Source of the DNA: an uncultured Acidimicrobiaceae bacterium
Lineage (GTDB): Bacteria; Actinomycetota; Acidimicrobiia; Acidimicrobiales; RAAP-2
DNA length: 64,000 nt
Direction: 5' to 3'
Assembly (NCBI GenBank): GCA_963794875.1
Contig: CAWCFG010000008.1
Coordinates: 872 to 64,871 of the forward strand
The notes beneath the pieces are model-generated. The model made no database searches, was not told the DNA's origin, and was given only the letters and a program-made list of their open reading frames with translations. Position numbers and translations under genes: made by a program. Positions 61,340 to 64,000 of this stretch are shown here, piece by piece. Each line of letters starts with the position of its first letter. The stretch's first letter is position 1.

Positions 61340-62147
61340 GTCGACGCCCGAACAGCTTCCCGATGCCAATGGAGAGGAAGTAGAAGAAGATCAGCGGGCC
61401 GGCAAGGGCGAACATGGAGAAGGGATCGGAGCTCGGCGTGAAGACGGCGGCGACCACCACAATGATGATGACGGCCCAGCGCCAGGAATGGAGTAGGCGG
61501 GCCGGGGTGACCACGCGGGCCAACTCGAGCGAGACGAGGACGACCGGGAATTCGAAGGTCAGGCCGAAGATCGTCATCATCAAGAGAATGAGGCCCAGAT
61601 ACGGGATGGGGTCGTAGATCGCCTGCAGGTTCGGCCCTCCCACCGACTTCAACCAACCCAGCGCGTGGGGCAGGGTGACGTAGGCCGTGGCGGCCCCGAC
61701 CAGGAAGAGGACGAAAGCGCTCACGACGAATGGGATGGCATAACGGCGCTCTCTCGCCTTGAGGCCGGGCGTCACGAAGCGCCAGATCTGGAACAGGATG
61801 ATCGGTGACGCCAGGACCAGCCCCCCGAAGATGGCGATCTTGACCCGGAGCGTGAGGCCGTCGAGCGGTGAGGTCACGAACAGATTGCAGGTGCCGTTGG
61901 AGGCGATGATGAGGGACGCCGTGTTCTTGGCCGTGTGGTGCGTCGTCGACGCGTCCACGCTGCACAGCGGGCGCAGCAAGAAGTTGAGGATCGGCTGGTA
62001 GGCGAAGACGGCGATGGTCGCGGCGACCACGAATGCGATGACGCAGATGATCACGCGGCGGCGGAGCTCGCCGAGGTGCTCTCCGAGCGTCATGTTGTCC
62101 GGCGACGGCCGGCTCTTGCGTTTGCCCGTGAAGGGAAGCGTCACCAC
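61340..62147 (-). CDS. tatC: Twin-arginine translocase subunit TatC (3' end unresolved: no stop codon before the helY coding sequence)
   Basis: MTLGEHLGELRRR..., six TM segments and FTPSSDPFSM. The ORF as given runs on to 61047 through helY in the wrong frame. Confidence 0.8.
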
Positions 62148-62158
62148 GGTTGTGCCGT

Positions 62159-62707
62159 TCAGTTCAGCGTCGGGTCGCCGGGAACGACGACGCCGGACGG
62201 CTGGGGAGCCACAGGCAGACGCTCGACGTGTATGGGCGCCGGCGTGGATGGTGGTGTCGGTGACTGCGTCGGCGATTGCGATTGCGACGGTGGCGGTGGC
62301 GGCTCCTGCGAGGCAACGGCGTGCAGGTCTGACCCGGCCGGGGGCTCGCCGTTGGCCTGGGTTGCGTCAGCGGGAGCGCCGGCGGCCGCTGCCTCTGCCA
62401 TTCCGTTCTCGCTGGTCAGGTTGGGAGGTTCGAAGGAGCCGTCGGGCTCCTCGTCGGAATCCGACGACATGGTCGACAGGTGGTTGAGCAGGGCGGACGG
62501 CGAGCGGGCCAGGCGGGCGATCTCCGAGGTCGGAGGGAGGTCGGGCATGGTGTTGCGCACCTCTGACTCCATGCGGTGCCGGAACTCGTTGAAGGAGCGC
62601 CAGGCTCCGCCCAACTGGCGGGCGACCTGGGGCAGGCGGTCAGGGCCCAGGAGGATGATCGCCACCACGCCGATCACGAGCAGCTTGCCTGGGTCGAGAT
62701 TCAACAT
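62159..62707 (-). CDS. tatA: TatA/TatB-type twin-arginine translocase protein with a long Pro-rich C-terminal extension
   Basis: MLNLDPGKLLVIGVVAIILLGPDRLPQVARQLGGAWRSF is the TatA/B TM plus amphipathic helix. Confidence 0.8.
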   Translation of the reverse strand: MLNLDPGKLLVIGVVAIILLGPDRLPQVARQLGGAWRSFNEFRHRMESEVRNTMPDLPPTSEIARLARSPSALLNHLSTMSSDSDEEPDGSFEPPNLTSENGMAEAAAAGAPADATQANGEPPAGSDLHAVASQEPPPPPSQSQSPTQSPTPPSTPAPIHVERLPVAPQPSGVVVPGDPTLN

Positions 62708-62730
62708 GTGCCTTCAACTCTACGGTGCCG

Positions 62731-64000
62731 CTACAAGGACTGGATGAGCCGCTCGACCCGCTCGTCGTGGGACTTGAAGGGGTCCTTCAGGAGCACGGTG
62801 CGTTGCGCCTGGTCATTCAGCTTCAGGTGGACCCAGTCCACCGTGAAGTCCCGCCGGCGCTCCTTGGCCCGCTTCACGAAGGCGCCCCGGAGCCGGGCCC
62901 GGGTCGTCTCGGGTGGCTTGGTCATTGCCTCGGTGATGGCGTCGTCGGTGCAGGTGCGATCCATCTCGTCACGCTGCTGCAGCTTGTAGAACAACCCCCG
63001 GCTGCGATCCACGTCGTGGTACATGAGATCGACCATCGCCACCTTGGGGTGGGCCAGCGAGACGTCGTGGCGTGCCCGCACCTGCTCGACCAACCGGTAC
63101 TTGGCGACCCAGTCGCACTCGCGCGACAGGGACGTCGGATCCGCCTCGAGGCCCTTGAGGCAGTGCTCCCACATGTCGAGCGCGCGGTCTTCCTCCGGCG
63201 AGAGCCCACGCCTGTCGCGGAATTTGATCGCCCGTTCGAGATACTCCGTCTGAATGTCCAAGGCGCGCATTTCACGGCCGTTGGCCAGCCGGACCCTGCG
63301 CTGGCACGTGATGTCGTGGCTGATCTCGCGGATGGCGCGGATCGGGTTCTCCAGCGTCAGGTCGCGCAGAACCGTCGAGGAATCCTCCAGCATGGCCAGG
63401 AGGATGGACGTGGTGCCGACCTTCAGGAACGTGGCGTACTCGGACATGTTGGAATCGCCGACGATCACGTGCAGGCGACGGAAGCGTTCGGCGTCGGCGT
63501 GCGGCTCGTCGTGTGTATTGATGATGGGACGGCTCCGCGTCGTGGCCGAGGACACGCCTTCCCAGATGTGCTCGGCGCGCTGGCTCAGGCAGAACACTGC
63601 GCCCCGCGCCGTCTGCAGGACCTTTCCCGCTCCGGCGTAGATCTGTCGGGAGACCAGGAACGGGATGAGCACCTCGGTGTAGCGGTTGAACTCGTCGTTG
63701 CGTTCGGTCAGATAGTTCTCGTGGCAGCCGTAGGAGTTGCCGACCGAGTCCGTGTTGTTCTTGAAGAGGTAGACCTCGCCGCGGATCCCCTCCTCGCGCA
63801 GGCGCGCCTGCGCTCCCGTGACCAGCTGGGCCAGAATCCACTCCCCCGCCTTGTCGTGGACGACGACGTCGCTGATGCGATCGCACTCGGGGGTGGCGTA
63901 CTCGGGGTGGCTGCCCACGTCGAGGTAGAGACGAGCGCCGTTCTCCAAGAAGACGTTCGACGAACGCCCCCACGAGACGACGCGTCGGAACAGGTAGCGC
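62731..64000 (-). CDS. pafA: Pup--protein ligase PafA (5' end outside window)
   Basis: Collinear with mycobacterial PafA as I recall it: [75 protein letters not shown], and the C-terminus [24 protein letters not shown]. The frame stays open to the window edge. Confidence 0.88.
   Translation of the reverse strand, partial: RYLFRRVVSWGRSSNVFLENGARLYLDVGSHPEYATPECDRISDVVVHDKAGEWILAQLVTGAQARLREEGIRGEVYLFKNNTDSVGNSYGCHENYLTERNDEFNRYTEVLIPFLVSRQIYAGAGKVLQTARGAVFCLSQRAEHIWEGVSSATTRSRPIINTHDEPHADAERFRRLHVIVGDSNMSEYATFLKVGTTSILLAMLEDSSTVLRDLTLENPIRAIREISHDITCQRRVRLANGREMRALDIQTEYLERAIKFRDRRGLSPEEDRALDMWEHCLKGLEADPTSLSRECDWVAKYRLVEQVRARHDVSLAHPKVAMVDLMYHDVDRSRGLFYKLQQRDEMDRTCTDDAITEAMTKPPETTRARLRGAFVKRAKERRRDFTVDWVHLKLNDQAQRTVLLKDPFKSHDERVERLIQSL

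Overview
This is a high-GC (about 68-70% by eye) actinobacterial-type chromosome segment. pafA, tatA/tatC/helY, the gcvH-garA-merR cluster, DUF4193 and KorAB support that assignment; a placement in Acidimicrobiia is only a guess. The window opens inside an rrn operon, with the 3' roughly 40% of 23S rRNA followed by 5S rRNA and a terminator. The most unusual feature is that the 23S gene is interrupted by two related group I introns. One carries the C-terminus of a LAGLIDADG-type homing endonuclease ORF (insertion after the E. coli U1931 equivalent). The other has no ORF and lies in the peptidyl-transferase-centre region next to the A2602 equivalent. The rest is mostly housekeeping:
- central metabolism: fbaB, korAB, ppa, thiD/thiG
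- glycine cleavage: gcvH, gcvT, a tandem glycine riboswitch and gcvP
- ion transport: an Fe(III) ABC importer and a crcB pair with a fluoride riboswitch
- protein quality control and export: htrA, pafA, tatA, tatC
- helicases: helY and helD

Accessory-looking blocks are:
- a tightly coupled five-gene ADH-SDR-sulfotransferase-MBL/alkylsulfatase-VOC operon
- a MacB-type ABC operon with two HlyD-type adaptors and a secreted repeat protein, all ending in GGFGG-type glycine tails
- a 600-bp lower-GC non-coding region ending in an intrinsic terminator just upstream of helD

At least seven conserved genes are broken by 1-nt frameshifts, and the tatC/helY junction has no stop or start codon in any frame. 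This looks more like assembly indel error than real decay. No CRISPR array, transposase, prophage or recognisable defence system was seen.
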